NCBI GenBank assembly: GCA_964016885.1
Contig: OZ024746.1
Coordinates: 22,692,001-22,756,000, forward strand
DNA: 64,000 nucleotides
Direction of reading: 5' to 3'
Origin: Eledone cirrhosa
Lineage: Eukaryota
Below are positions 24,511-37,984 of this stretch, piece after piece. The notes under the pieces were generated by a model that was not told the origin of the DNA, did not search any database, and saw only the letters and a program-made list of their open reading frames with translations. Numbering within the stretch: position 1 is the stretch's first letter; each line of letters opens with the position of its first letter. Made by a program: the position numbers and the translations under genes.

Positions 24511-24674
24511 ACGATTTTACAGAGGAAAATGGCAGTTTAGAGAACAAACATACATAATTTATCTAATTTTTCCTTGTAGCCCAGAGGAATTAATTAAATA
24601 AATAGTCAATTAATCCAAGCTAAATACAATTATAAGAGTGAAGAAAAAATCGACAAATATTTACCCAATTACTC

Positions 24675-24713
<39 letters not shown>

Positions 24714-24714
24714 G

Positions 24715-25605
24715 GAGGGTGCAGACGATATCTGTTTGCAAGATTACTGTCTAGGAAAAAATAACACAGTAGTTTTATTTTTTAAGATATATTTATGAAA
24801 CTTGGGTCAGTTTGTCTTCATGACTTGTTCTTTCGATCTCACTTGATAAACCTGCTATTGGCTTTGATGACGGCCTCAAGGTGTCCTCGGAACCAGCTAC
24901 AGGCCTTCGTCACTGTCCCCCGATTTAGGCCCCTAAAGGCACTTGTGATCCTGGCCTTCAGATCGTCTTTCGTATTGCAGCTAGATCTGTTGGTGTCTCG
25001 TTCCACTGCGCCCCACACAAAGAAGTCGAGGGGGTTGCAGTCAGGCGAGCTGGGAGGTCAGATGTCAGGTGAAGTGTGGTCGACAAAGTTCTCTGACAGC
25101 CAGGCTTGGGTCTTTCAGCTGGTATGGCAGGACGCTGAGTCTTGCTGCCACACATACGGCCTACCTGCAGCTACCTGGTCGATCCAGGGCTTTACTACCT
25201 CGCTCAGAACATGGATGTAGCCATTGGTGTTCAGTTTGAGGCCCTCAGGGAAGAAGTGAGGTGGCATGACGTCACCTTGACTGCTGATGACACCTAAGAC
25301 CAATGTTGTCGCTGGAAACTTTGTCTGCATGACTCTGTGCACGTCTTTGGATGAGACACCATTCTCCTGCTGATGCTGAGAAAATCTGAAATGTCCTTAT
25401 TTGTCCTCCCGGCGCGGATTCCACAAGAACTCCGTGTCTCTTCCACAAATTTGGAGGTTTAAAATTATTCATAATCAATTATTCTGAAAATAAATAATGG
25501 AAATATAGTCACTGTTTTTATGAAGACAAGAGTGACAACGGAAGTAAAAAAAAAGTGCATAAAATTAGCAGTTGAAAATTGCGAACAGATGTCGTCCGCA
25601 CCCTG
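24715..25605 (-). mobile_element. Tc1/mariner-superfamily DD37D (maT-like) element, internally deleted
   Basis: ~27-bp TIRs (c/g)agggtgc(g/a)gacga(c/t)atctgtt(c/t)gcaa; WQQDSASCHT...SPDCNPLDF with 37 residues between the last two Asp; two in-frame stops. Confidence 0.88.
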
Positions 25606-25729
25606 TATATATATATACACTCAGATAGACAGACACACATATATAGAGTGAGCAGCAGAGTACCAAAAGAAATAACAAGGCAGTCAATCCAATCTAACAA
25701 TTATATCAATTCACCACTTCGCATAACAT

Positions 25730-26110
25730 CATCATTATCATTATCATTTTACATCCATTGTTCCATGCTTACATGGGTTGGATAGGTCCTTTTCAGTTCA
25801 GCATCACTCTACTTGTCACATTCCTTCATCATCTCCTCTGTGAGCTTTAGCAATCTGAAATCAGCCCTCACCACTTCCATCCAGGTCTTCCTTGATCTCT
25901 TATACCATGGCCTCTCTCCTCAGAAAGCTCTTCCTGGTATAACTCCCACAAAAGACCTTCGCTAACAATTTTGTCTTTAGCTCTCCAGCAATGCCCTGTG
26001 AATCTGACTCTATGCTTTTTGATAATATCTGATACTCTTCAAGTGACATTCAAAGCCACTAGACTCTATCTAATCTTCTTTCCAGTTTAAATTCTTGATT
26101 ATTTTCAAAA
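25730..26110 (-). mobile_element. RTE-type 3' fragments
   Basis: Reverse complement gives HRVRFTGHCWRAKDKIVSEGLLW and the tail acccatgtaagcatggaacaatggatgtaaaatgat. Confidence 0.6.
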
Positions 26111-26694
26111 GAATATCAAAACCATAGTCCATAATCTTTCATTAGAAATATGGTAATGAATGGGTTAATGTAAAAGTGCAGCTTTACTTTACATTAACTA
26201 TACCAGAAACTCATTTCAAAGCACATAATTAAAATTGTTGTTCTCTTTATAGTAACGATTCTCAGCTTCATGAGAAATCTTAAACCTGACATTAATAAAT
26301 TGTTATACATATTTATAGCGGTTCACTTTCAATATTTTACTACCTTTTATCATCATCATCATCATCATCATCGTTATTATTATTATTAGAAGTAATATAC
26401 TTTGCATAGCACCTAATGTATTAAACAAAAATGTGGTGTGCTGGCAGAGCTAAAGTACTAGTCCTGTACAAAGTTAATGGAGGAATCAGTTCCTTATTCT
26501 AAAGCTAATCTTTACATGAGAGTTATATGGTAATGTACTTATTTGATCTGAGAGTTATATTTACGTAATCTACTTTAGATTATCATTCTCTGATACTTGA
26601 AATACTTAAGAGATCTAACTACATTGCTTCTGACTTCAATAAATTATATATAATGTCTCCTTACTGATGTAGATTTGTGTATGAAACTTTAAAT

Positions 26695-26889
26695 AATAAT
26701 TGTTTCTACTTTTGGCACAAGGCCAGCAATTACCCAGTGCATTACTGGTACTTTATTTTATCGACCCTGTAAGGATGACAGGCAAAGTTAACCTCGGCGG
26801 GATTTGAACTCAGAATGGCAAGGACCGTAACTCTATGCGTCAAAGCATGGCATCCGATCCTCTACCGATACTGCCAATCCACCGCCCTT
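26695..26889 (-). mobile_element. tRNA-derived SINE (Meta/MESC-like), young copy; a second copy follows at ~26905-27068
   Basis: Near-identical to the reverse complement of 58197-58389. Confidence 0.88.
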
Positions 26890-27084
26890 TAAATAATAAT
26901 AATAATGGTTTTTGATTTAAGCACAAAGCCAACAATTTTATTGACCCATAAAGATGATAGGTAAAGCGAACTTCAGTGGGATTTGAACCTAGAGTGTAAA
27001 GGGACGTAACTATGCTGGAAAGCATGGCGTCCGACCCTCTACTGATACTGCCAATCCACCGACCCTTTAATAATAATAATAATA

Positions 27085-27480
27085 ATACTTTCTTTATAAG
27101 CCACACAGGGCTAACAATAAACAATTACTAGAGATGGCACAGGATGATAAAATGATTGTTTTTATGTATGAAAAAGGTTATAACAAAAATTTGAAAAATA
27201 AACATTAAAAAATAAAAAAATCAAATAAAAAAAATAAATTCCCCAATAAGGGGTGACCTCTGAGGGTCACTTGTGGAGAAAGCTGAGTTCCTCGCCTGGT
27301 TTAGGTGTAACAGACATACAGATGACTTTTGCTGTGAGCCTTCAGAAAACGTAGCTTACAGCGATGGGGCATATGCCACTCTCTTTCTTCCTGAGAGCAG
27401 TTAGGTGGGCCAAAAAGAAGAGACCTTGAGAAAAAGGGTTGAGGATGCTGTAGATGAACCTGTTAATGAGGGCCCACAAT
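27085..27480 (-). mobile_element. Tx1/L1-like 3' UTR fragment
   Basis: Reverse complement ends gccctgtgtggcttataaagaaag(tat)n, similar to 5325-5350; the inner boundary is uncertain. Confidence 0.45.
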
Positions 27481-27800
27481 TGCACTCACTACCAACAGAA
27501 ACTGAGTGTAACTCAAATAACAAATAATAATAATAATACAAGTATTCCGAATTGAAAGTGATGACAAGATTGTTTGGAATGCATATAGCTATGTCACTTT
27601 ACATACTGAGTTCAAATACTGCTGAGGTTAGCTTTGCCTTTCGTCCTTATGGGGTTGATAAAATAAAGCACCAGTAATGCACTGGGGTCCATTTAATCAA
27701 TTTCCCCCTCCCCCAAAATTGTTGGCTTTGTGCCTTAATCAGAAACCATTGTACATAAACATATATATGCTTTCATATACACCCCCATTATGTAGTTGTT

Positions 27801-27993
27801 AAGGGCGGTGAATTGGCAGTATCGGTAGAGGGTTGGACGCCATGCTTTCTAGCATAGTTACGTCCCTTTACAGTCTGAGTTCAAATCCCGCCGAGGTTAA
27901 CTTTGCCTTTCATCCTTACGGGGTCGATAAAATAAAGTACCAGTAATGTACTGGGTAATTGCTGGCCTTGTGCCTAAAGTAGAAACAATTATT
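27801..27993 (+). mobile_element. tRNA-derived SINE (Meta/MESC-like)
   Basis: Near-identical to 58197-58389. Confidence 0.88.
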
Positions 27994-30114
27994 GTGTAAC
28001 TATGTGACTTAGTGGTTAGAGAATTGGATTTGCAATTATGAGGTTGTGAGTTCAATTCTCGGAGTGGGCGATGATTTATTTCCTTGAACAAGACACTTTA
28101 TTTGGCATTGCTCTTTCTGCCAGGAGTTGTGACTGGTAGATAGTGTTAGCAATGGAAAGAGTTATGGAAACATTATCTCCTTGACGAGTTCCACCCCACT
28201 CAGTAAACGAATGAGGTCTGAGATCTTGTCAATTGATTCAATAACATCAGCTTTGTCCCTACATTATGAGTTCAAATCCTATCAAACATTGTTGATAGTA
28301 TCAATAACATGCTGTGTCAACTCAACTGGCTAGACCACCCACTATCGTAATTCATCTACTATCTACATAACAATTATTATTTACAACATTCAGCAAAGAA
28401 AATGGAAATTTCCTTACAGCTTGTTCTCCATTTCAACTGGATTATTGCCTGACAGTTGTCATATATTAGTTTTTATTAGCATCATGACAAACATTAATTT
28501 CTTTTATACTTTTATTGCTTTTAGTGGACATACTAGGACACCACATTCTTTTATTATTTTATTGGTTTCAGCCGTTTAGAAAGTGGTCATACTGCGGCAC
28601 CAGGTTTTTTTTATTTTTTACTGGTTTCAGTCATTAGAATGTGGCCATGCTGGGGCACCATATTTTTATATTCTTTTACAGTAGAAAATACTTGCCCAAG
28701 GTGTCATGTGATGGGACTGAACTCAGAACCACCGGGTTGCTAAGTGAACTCCTTAAATGCACAGCTATTTTTGCATTGATAGATTTTTTTTTTCTACTAT
28801 ATTGTACCCACACATTTGATTTAAAACATTAGAATTAACAATTCTAGCAACAGATGCAGTAGTAGTAATGGACGGAACCATGGCTGAGTGGTGAAGAAGT
28901 TTGGTTCACAATCATGAGGTTCTGGGTTCAACTCTATTGCCTTGTTTATTGAGCAGGTGTCTTTACCATAGCCCTGTGGATTAAAATGGTTAGCTGGAAC
29001 TGGGTGGAAGCCTGTAGGATGGACTGTACTTGTAATTCAAAGGTTCATTCTCATCATATTGTTATGCTGAAGGTACATGTATCTGTGGAATACTCAACCA
29101 CTTATATTATAGTACAAGATATATTGTACCTGTAATTCAATGGTCCAGCCTTGTCACATATTGTGTCAAGCTGATTTAACTTAGGAATTATCGTATATAT
29201 TCAGATATAAGTTTTATCTGCATATATGCCAATCCCCTTATTTTATGTCTGAGAAATGGACAAAAATTCAAACCCTGTGTATTAACTCAGGCAGTTAACC
29301 AACACATTATGTTTAGATGGTGTAGTTTTGAAATTCTCACGAGTGGAGAATATATTTATGAAGTTTTAAGTGTCATTTAGAGCATTTTTTTTTTTCACAA
29401 CTCCATTAAGTAGTGATTTTGTTTTTACCAATTTCCGACTGTTTTGAGTGACATATTCATTCAAAACACATCAAATAGGAAACACAACAATAAGAAATAC
29501 AAATTTCACCTCCAAAGTGAAATCAGTGTAATATTCACCACCAAAGCCAAAATATTTTAACATCTTATTTACATAGTCTAAACTCATGCTAGCATGGAAG
29601 ATAGACATTAAACGATGATGATGATGATAGTATTTTGAAGTTGGCAAAATCAGTAAAACCAACAATGGAAAAGCCAATTGAAACATAGTTTCTTGATCCA
29701 ACCTTTTTTCCCCTTGGATATTCAGTTGATCTAACAACTGAAAGCTCTTCATTGAATCTGACACATAGCCTAATGTGTATCAGCAATGGAAACACCAATT
29801 GAAATATAGTTTCCATTTGTCTGATCGGACGATTGGCTCCTTTCCATTTTTCTTGAATATAACAAGTGAATGCTCATCATTGAATCTGATACGGCTTATT
29901 GAAGGGTTTACCAACCTGGGCGATATTGCCCACCAGTGGCCAATTTCAACTGTTGAGTGGGCAATGAGCAACAGAAAATGGTGGGCGATTGTAAATTTTA
30001 GTGGACGATATGGGATTTTAAATATCAAGAATGCTACCCCACCGCCCAAAAAAAGAGATATGCAAAGAACCTGTAACAAAAACCAAACAAAACTAAAGCA
30101 GAAGGCTAAATGAG

Positions 30115-30299
30115 AATAATTGTTTCTACTTTTGGCACAAGGCCAGCAATCACCCAGTGCATTACTGGTACTTTATTTTATCGACCCCGTAAGGATGAAA
30201 GGCAAAGTCAACCTCGGCGGGATTTGAACTCAGATCGTAAAGGGACGTAACTATGCTGGAAAGCATGGCGTCCGACTCTCTACCGATACTGCCAATCCA
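30115..30299 (-). mobile_element. tRNA-derived SINE (Meta/MESC-like)
   Basis: Reverse complement near-identical to 58197-58389. Confidence 0.88.
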
Positions 30300-30969
30300 T
30301 GAGAATAATGAACTAGTAACAGACTTTTACCAAACCTTTTTGGTATGCTTTTGAATACTTATTATACAGGTGGGCAATAGACAATTTTTCCATGTGAAAG
30401 TGGGTGATGCTGCAAAAAAGGTTATAGCAACCAAGAGCTCATCGTTGAATCTGACGGAGGATGGATGAAATGAGACAACACTATTTTCTGCTATTGTAGT
30501 CATTGATATAAAGAATGTTATGTTTGTAGAAGTGATGTATAGTAGAATTATCTGTGGCTGGTTGTTTTCTTATGCACAGAGTCGATTGGACAGACAGCAA
30601 AGCCTCTCTGATTTAAACTTGTGTGATATTGTGTATGTGTGTGTGTGTGTGCTGGTGTATGTATGGGAATGTTTAAGGTGTGTGTGTGTTTGTGTTGTGT
30701 TTGTTCTGTGATGTGTGGTGTGTGTGCTTGTGTGTGGTATGTGATATCTGTGTGTACATTTGGTGTCCGTGAATGCGTGGGTATGTGATGTGTGTGTCTG
30801 GGTATGTGGTGTGTGTGTGTGTGTGTGTGTAAGAAAGTAAATACTTGAAGAGAAAGCATAGTAGGATAATCTTACAAATCCATAACTACAACTGAAACAT
30901 TACTGCATCAGTCAGCTCTGATCTTTTTTCAGTTTTGTACTTTGTTATTACAACTAATACTCACTAATT

Positions 30970-31305
30970 TAGGTGGGGAATTGGCAGAGTTGTTAGAATG
31001 TTGGATAGAATGCTTTGCAGTTTTCATTTTGGTTCTCTGCTCTATTAGTTCAAACCCCACTGAGGTCAGCTTTGCCTTTCATCCATTCGAGTTTGATAAA
31101 AAACATACCAGTCTAGTACTGGGGTCAATTATTTCTCTGTGTCTCTTTCTCACTTCAATTCTCTCACTTTTTACTCTTCTTTCAAAGAAATATACTGTAT
31201 TCAGACCTGGAGAAGAGATGGGCTCTTCCAGGTTTAAAAATACCCTAGAAATACAGTATGTCAATATGGCACCACTAGGACTGCCTCAGGATTGATGGGA
31301 CCATG
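30970..31305 (+). mobile_element. Long-tailed SINE variant (tRNA/Meta-like head, pyrimidine tract, ~130-bp distinct tail)
   Basis: Same layout at 13270-13600, 47700-47975, 57650-57997 and 6620-6860(-). Confidence 0.65.
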
Positions 31306-32171
31306 CATGCACTAATTTGGTAAGATTGGGACCTGGCAGATGCTGGACAAGCAGATTTTCTGAACCAGTGAAGCTTATATTGCAAAATTTCATTTTTTAG
31401 AAACAATAAAAAGAACGATCAAGTTACAAACATAATTAGGTTTAATGATTGAGATTGAAATAGAATTAACTTTGTAAACTAATACCTAAAACAAAGCTGT
31501 ATGTGTGTGTTGTGTATGTGTGTTGGTTTGTGTATGTGTGTGTGTTGTATGTGTGTTTGTTTGGGTATATGTGTGTGTTGTGCATGTTGTGAGTGTGTAT
31601 GTTGTACATTGTGTGTGTTGTGTGAGTGTGTAATATGTGCGTGCGTGTATGTTGTGCATGTGTTTTGGACCTCTGTTGGTTCCGATGATGAGTGTTTCAG
31701 TTTATTTGATCAATGGAACATCCTGTGCAAGTGACTGAGCATTCCACAAATACATGTATCTTTAATATAGTTCCCAGGGAGATTCAGCATAACAGTGACA
31801 AGGCTAGCCTTTTTAATTACAGATACAACTCATTTTTTCTAGTTGAGTAGACAAGAGCAACATGAAATGTAATGCTTTGTTCACCAGGAATTGAACTGAC
31901 AACCTTAGAATCATGAGCCAAACACCCTAACCACTAAGCCACAGATCTTTACTTGCTTTACATTAACACATTATAGTCAACATGCTTCTCTGTGATATGG
32001 CATATTGCTAAATAACATGAAATATAGTAGCATAGATAGATAAATAATAGATTGGAAATGTACGAAGCAGAATGGCTACTATAACGACTTCATGCATGTG
32101 TATATCAGACACAGGCTAGTTAAGGAAGAACACAACGATCGTTTGTTTTTGTTTTGAACTGTTTCTGCTTC

Positions 32172-32209
32172 ACATTTGAAAAGAGGGTATTAGCCTCGAA
32201 ATATCATGT
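32172..32209 (+). ncRNA. Decayed minimal hammerhead motif
   Basis: acat-TTGAAAA (CTGAAGA with 2 transitions)-gagg gtattag cctc-GAAA-TA-TC-atgt; stems I and II pair. Confidence 0.45.
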
Positions 32210-33301
32210 TGAGATATACTGGGTAAAATATTATTTTGTTTTGTTTTATTTGTTATCCTTTGCCCTTTATATATTTCTACGGCATTATACCAGCTTTTTG
32301 AAACTTATTGGTCTTTTATGAAATATAGTGTTTTCTTGAAAGACATCGCTCCACCTAGAATTAAACTGATGACCTTATGATTATGAGTTGAACACTTTAA
32401 CCACTAAGCTATGGCTCTACATTAACATATCAGTATCTGTACATTAACATATCATAGTCAACAGCCTTTTTCTCTGTCATACAACAAACACATTGCTAAG
32501 TCACATATTGTCAATGAAATAATTGCACAGCTGGTCATGATCTGTAAGAGAATACTAATTACACAAATGAAGGAAGCTCTGATTGAAATTATTAAGATTT
32601 CAATGTAAAAACTGATCTTAGTCATGTAGGCAGTAAAACATTTCACCTTGTCGACATGCATGGGCACGAACTTGAGCTTGGTCATTTGTAGGAGGGTAAT
32701 TACAATTACCTAATTATAATCAATTAATTAGCTAGGTAATGGCATTCCAATACCTGAGAGTGGACATGTGTCTTGGAAAAATCAAACAAACATCTACGAT
32801 GACAGGCTGAAGAGTTCATAGGCTGACTATAAAGGATTGATGCTAGAGCTGTAAAATCTTGCATGCATTAATTTTAACTCTTCTTATTAATAACTGCATT
32901 GTTTTTTTGGACTTACCTATAAGCTAAATAAGCTATAGCTTAGGGTCATACGCACTCAGGGACCTCATTCTTTTAAATATAAATTAGTTTTTAAATGTTT
33001 CTTTTAACTATTAATTTAAATAATTAGGTAAAAGAAACTAATTATTTTGTAACTAATTTAATTTTGTAATCATTAATAAATAACAATTATATGTAATTAT
33101 TAAAGATTTTTTTACCCATTTTTTTTTAGAGAAGGGTCTCAGCAGATTAAAATCTGGCCCTGGCATTGTGAGTGAAATTTGGTAGATGGAAACTGTTTGG
33201 AAGCCCATTTGATGGACTGTATCAGTAACACAAAGGACCAGCCTTATCATACACTGTGTCATGGTAAATCTCCCTGAGAATTAAGTTATAGATACATGGT
33301 A

Positions 33302-33510
33302 TCAATTACTAAAGACTAATTGCAGTATATGCATTAATTATTTAAGACTAATTACAGTATATGGTGTTAATTAGTTAAGACTAATTGTAGTATATGGCAT
33401 TAATTAGTTAAGACTAATTACAGTATATGGTGTTAATTAGTGAAGACTAATTACAGTATATGGTGTTAATTAGTTAAGACTAATTACAGTATATGGTGTT
33501 AATTAGTTAC
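33302..33510 (+). repeat. 33-bp minisatellite, ~6 copies
   Basis: Unit taagactaattacagtatatggtgttaattagt. Confidence 0.9.
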
Positions 33511-34339
33511 AATTGATTGCACTATATGCCTACTTTTAATAATTAAATTAAAATTAGTTAGACATATGGGTCCCAATAGAATTTTCAGCCAGTGTCTCCC
33601 ATGCAGGTTTAATCCCCTTCTCCATGCTAAACCTGAAGAAGCAGAGGAATGAAACAGCTCTCAGGTCCTTGCCTGGTCTGAACCACGGAAAGCTAAAATG
33701 AACCTTAACTGGTCCACCACACCTGCTGAAACCTTGTATTCTACAAACTTTCTTCAACCCAGGGAAGCCTGGCACTCCCCTAAATGACAGCCATCACCCA
33801 CCCACTTACTCCAAGCAGTCTGTAAGCCCCCTTTATAGGCCATCAAAGGAAAACAGACAGATTCCTACACTATCCACACTAACCAGTACAAGGTCATAAC
33901 CATGATTCCCCCCTCCAGCAGTGAAATGTCTGTATCCTAGCTCCAACCCCTGCCAATGCCTCTTGAGATAGTGCTGGTGCCACAACAACAAAAAAAAACC
34001 CATCCACTTTGTAAGGTGGTAGTGCTGGTGTCACGATGAAAAGCATCTAGTGCTATGATAGAAAGAATCCGGTCAACCCTATAAAAGTGGTAGTGCTGGC
34101 AAAATAATGTAATGCTGCCAGTAAAGTGATTGCCATTAGGAAGGTCATCTGGCCATAGAAACCAAGCGAAAACAAATTGTACAAGCAGGACCTAGTCACC
34201 TGACCAGTCAGGCCTCAGCACATAACAGCTACCTAACTTAGGTAGGCATGGAAAATAGATATTAAATGGTAATGATGGATGATATAGATAGATAGATAGA
34301 TAGATAGATAGGTAGATAGATATGCATATATAAATATAT

Positions 34340-34680
34340 CATTATCATTTTATGCCAGTTTTTCCATGCCTGCAATATGATGGACGAGTCTGCCAGCACA
34401 GGTAACACTCTACTCTTTTCAGTCCTTCGTCATCTCTGCATGCTTCAGCGATTGGGAATCAGTTCTCACACTCTATATTGGGATCGTCCTTAGTCTCCCT
34501 CAACAGCTTCCTTTCACTGGGATTTCTTGGCACTTCTTCACTCAACAATCATCATCCATATGCATCACATGGCTATACCAACAGTCTTCTCTCCTGTACA
34601 TAATATCTGATGCCTCTTATATCCAGATTTTCTCTTAGCTCATCCATGCTTTGCTAAATACACATGTTAACATTGCACAA
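34340..34680 (-). mobile_element. RTE 3' ORF fragment
   Basis: Reverse complement gives YSHVMHMDDDC*VKKCQEIPVKG, matching the RTE C-terminus. Confidence 0.7.
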
Positions 34681-34698
34681 CCTTATATATATACATAT

Positions 34699-35016
34699 AT
34701 CATTTCATCATTTTACGTCCACTTTTCCCTGCTTGCAAAGGTGGGGCGGGAACTGATTCTGGCTTGATTTCTACAGCTGAATGCCCTTCCTAACACCAAC
34801 CTCATTTACGGTGAGTGGTGGGTGCTTTTTTGCCGTGGCACCTCGACGACCACTTTACTGAGGTCCCTATCATCTCATTTCTACAGCTGAGTAAACTGGA
34901 GCAATGTGAAATAAAGTCTCTTGCTCAAGGAAACAACACATCACCCGGTCTGAGAATTGAACTCACAACCTTTCGATTGCAAGGCCAATGCTCTAACCAC
35001 TAAGCCATGTGCCTCC
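34699..35016 (-). mobile_element. tRNA/CORE-like SINE with chimeric RTE tail
   Basis: Reverse complement of 22078-22413 with small deletions. Confidence 0.85.
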
Positions 35017-35060
35017 TTTAGAGCCATGTGCCTCCATATATATATATATATATATATATA

Positions 35061-35251
35061 TAGGAATGAGTAGGACCCCGACGGCTGAGCTCAAGCCGTC
35101 TCGACGGCTAATTCAGTCCAGAATTAGCCTTCGAAACGGCTTGAGCTCAGCTGTCGGGGCCCTACTCGTTCCTATTACCCACTCTACTACCCTAAGTATT
35201 GAGTACTTTGGTGCGTTATGGTCCACCTGGTTCCTTACCACATTTCCTTCG

Positions 35252-35253
<2 letters not shown>
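35061..35253 (+). mobile_element. Family A copy 3 with a ~54-bp fold-back arm
   Basis: Arms 35061-35114 / 35121-35174, spacer agtcca; (TA)n on both sides. Confidence 0.7.
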
Positions 35254-35309
<56 letters not shown>

Positions 35310-35327
35310 AGAGAGAGACAGAGAGAA

Positions 35328-35399
<72 letters not shown>

Positions 35400-35624
35400 T
35401 TACTAGGTGAATGAGTAGTAAGACCATTACTCAACTTAGTACTCCATATAAGTGGAGTACAGATATTTTGACGCTATTTACAGTATTAATTATAAACATA
35501 ACATCAAACATATATATATATATATATATATATATCCACACACACATATGTATGCATGTATATTTTATTTTTTATTCATTTATACACATCATCAGCGTTT
35601 AATGTCCATTTCCCATGCTAGCAT

Positions 35625-35698
<74 letters not shown>

Positions 35699-35733
35699 TT
35701 TTATATATATAAATATATATATATATATATTTT

Positions 35734-35766
<33 letters not shown>

Positions 35767-35881
35767 TTTTATATATATATATATATAAATATATACATAT
35801 ATATATATTTTTATATATATATAAATATATACATATATATATATTTTTATATATATATATAAATATATACATATATATATA

Positions 35882-35926
<45 letters not shown>

Positions 35927-35961
35927 TTTTATATATATATATATATATATATACATATATA

Positions 35962-36028
<67 letters not shown>

Positions 36029-36103
36029 TTTTATATATATATATATATATATGTATATATTTATATATATGTAAATATATACATATATATATATATATAG
36101 GTT

Positions 36104-36134
<31 letters not shown>

Positions 36135-36227
36135 ATGCTAGCATGGGAAATGGACATTAAACGCTGATGATGTGTATAAATGAATAAAAAATAAAATATA
36201 CATGCATACATATGTGTGTGTGTGTAT

Positions 36228-36319
<92 letters not shown>

Positions 36320-36612
36320 CGTAATCCTGGTATGTGTATAAGCATTTTTTCTTCTAACTTTAATTTTATACCTAATTGTGTATGGTTGACGGTATATTTA
36401 ATCGATTTCCACGTGCTATTGAAATGTTGGGTAAATATTCTATGGCGGCTGGTCGCGAAGAGATTGCTGTCGTTTATTTATCTACTATTTCTTCATAGGT
36501 GCATTTTAATCTTATAGCCTGGTTTAATTGATTTTTTGTGTGGTTAATTATGCTAATTGGGAGAGGAAATGGTCTATATATATTATCAAATGATTCTATG
36601 GACATACTTTAT

Positions 36613-36648
<36 letters not shown>

Positions 36649-37449
36649 CTACTCCTGCACACAACGCAGATCATAAATACACATGCTACTAGCAATCAAT
36701 ATATACACAAGCTATATTGCAAGCATGAAAAACAGTCATTAAATGATGCTGCTGTTGTTGTTGATGATGATATTCATAAATATGTAGGGCAATTATTAAG
36801 ATTGACATATATAAACATTCATTTTATTATCTTAGGATTTAAGAGGGTCATCGATCGACTGAGTCGATGGAGCACCACACCAAATCCCTTCTGGTATGTT
36901 GTTTTATCTCTTTACGTTCAGATTTCAAATCATTTCAGAACATGAAATAAAAGTAGAAAGGAAAAGAAGAGTTGACAACACAACCATCCTATACAGAATT
37001 CCCACACAAAAAAATTACAAGAAAAATAAACTAAGGGACTAACTATGGAAGCTTTATTAGTGACAAAATATATACCAAAAGATATACTCATAGATTCAGC
37101 ACCCATGAATTATACTATAAAAGTAATTTGGGGTTATGTTCTGAGTTCAATTCTCTCTGAGGTTAGGTTTGCCTTTCATCCTTATGAAGTCAATAAAATA
37201 AAGTACCAGTAACACACTGGGGTCAATTTAATCGACTTTCCTCTCCCCCAAAATGATTGGCCTTGCGCCTAAATCAAAAATCATTATTGGTGAAAACATC
37301 AATTTTAGGTTACCAAAAAACTAAATGTAGTATAAATAGTAATTATATTAAGAGTTAAAAGTTTGAACCTGCAACCAACTGAGTTTTAGAAAGCTGCTCT
37401 ACAAAACTGAGCTAAACGACCCATTGTTCACCTTTATATATATATATAT

Positions 37450-37597
37450 AATGAAGGAGTTGTGGTAAGGAACCAGATGGACCATAACGCACCAGAGTAC
37501 TCAATACTTAGGGTAGTAGAGTGGGTAATAGGAGAAAGTATGACCCCGACGGCAGAGCTGAAGCCGTTACGACGATTATTTTTGGACTGAGTCCAGA

Positions 37598-37600
<3 letters not shown>
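37450..37600 (-). mobile_element. Family A copy 4 with a short fold-back
   Basis: Homologous to the other copies; ends tttggact-g-agtccagaa followed by (TA)n. Confidence 0.65.
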
Positions 37601-37630
<30 letters not shown>

Positions 37631-37984
37631 CAAAGAAGACCGGATTCCAAGTATTCTTTTCATGTTCAAAATCACAATACATATTTCTATGGCTTGGTTA
37701 CATCATCAAGACTTAAGACTATAAATATACAAAACATCAGTTTTTCTATGATGATATCGATTGGAGCAACGAATGGAAATATATCGTTCTTTTATGAAAA
37801 GGTGAGGGGGATGATGAAAGTCCCAGGGTCCTTCTTCTCCCCACTCAGTTTTCCGGCTGGAAAAGTCATTTCCAGCATATTCGGAGGTAAGTTTGATAGC
37901 ATACGAAAGAAAAAAGAAAAAACGAGGAAAAATAATTATTTTCCACTAAAATCAATGACGGTTTTGTTCTATAAATTGCCACTT

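Noticed and set aside
29780-30079. Minus-strand ORF with a hydrophobic start after a good splice acceptor
   Set aside because: Overlaps hAT-like subterminal/TIR sequence (gggcaatatcgcccaggttggtaaaccc); no protein similarity recognised
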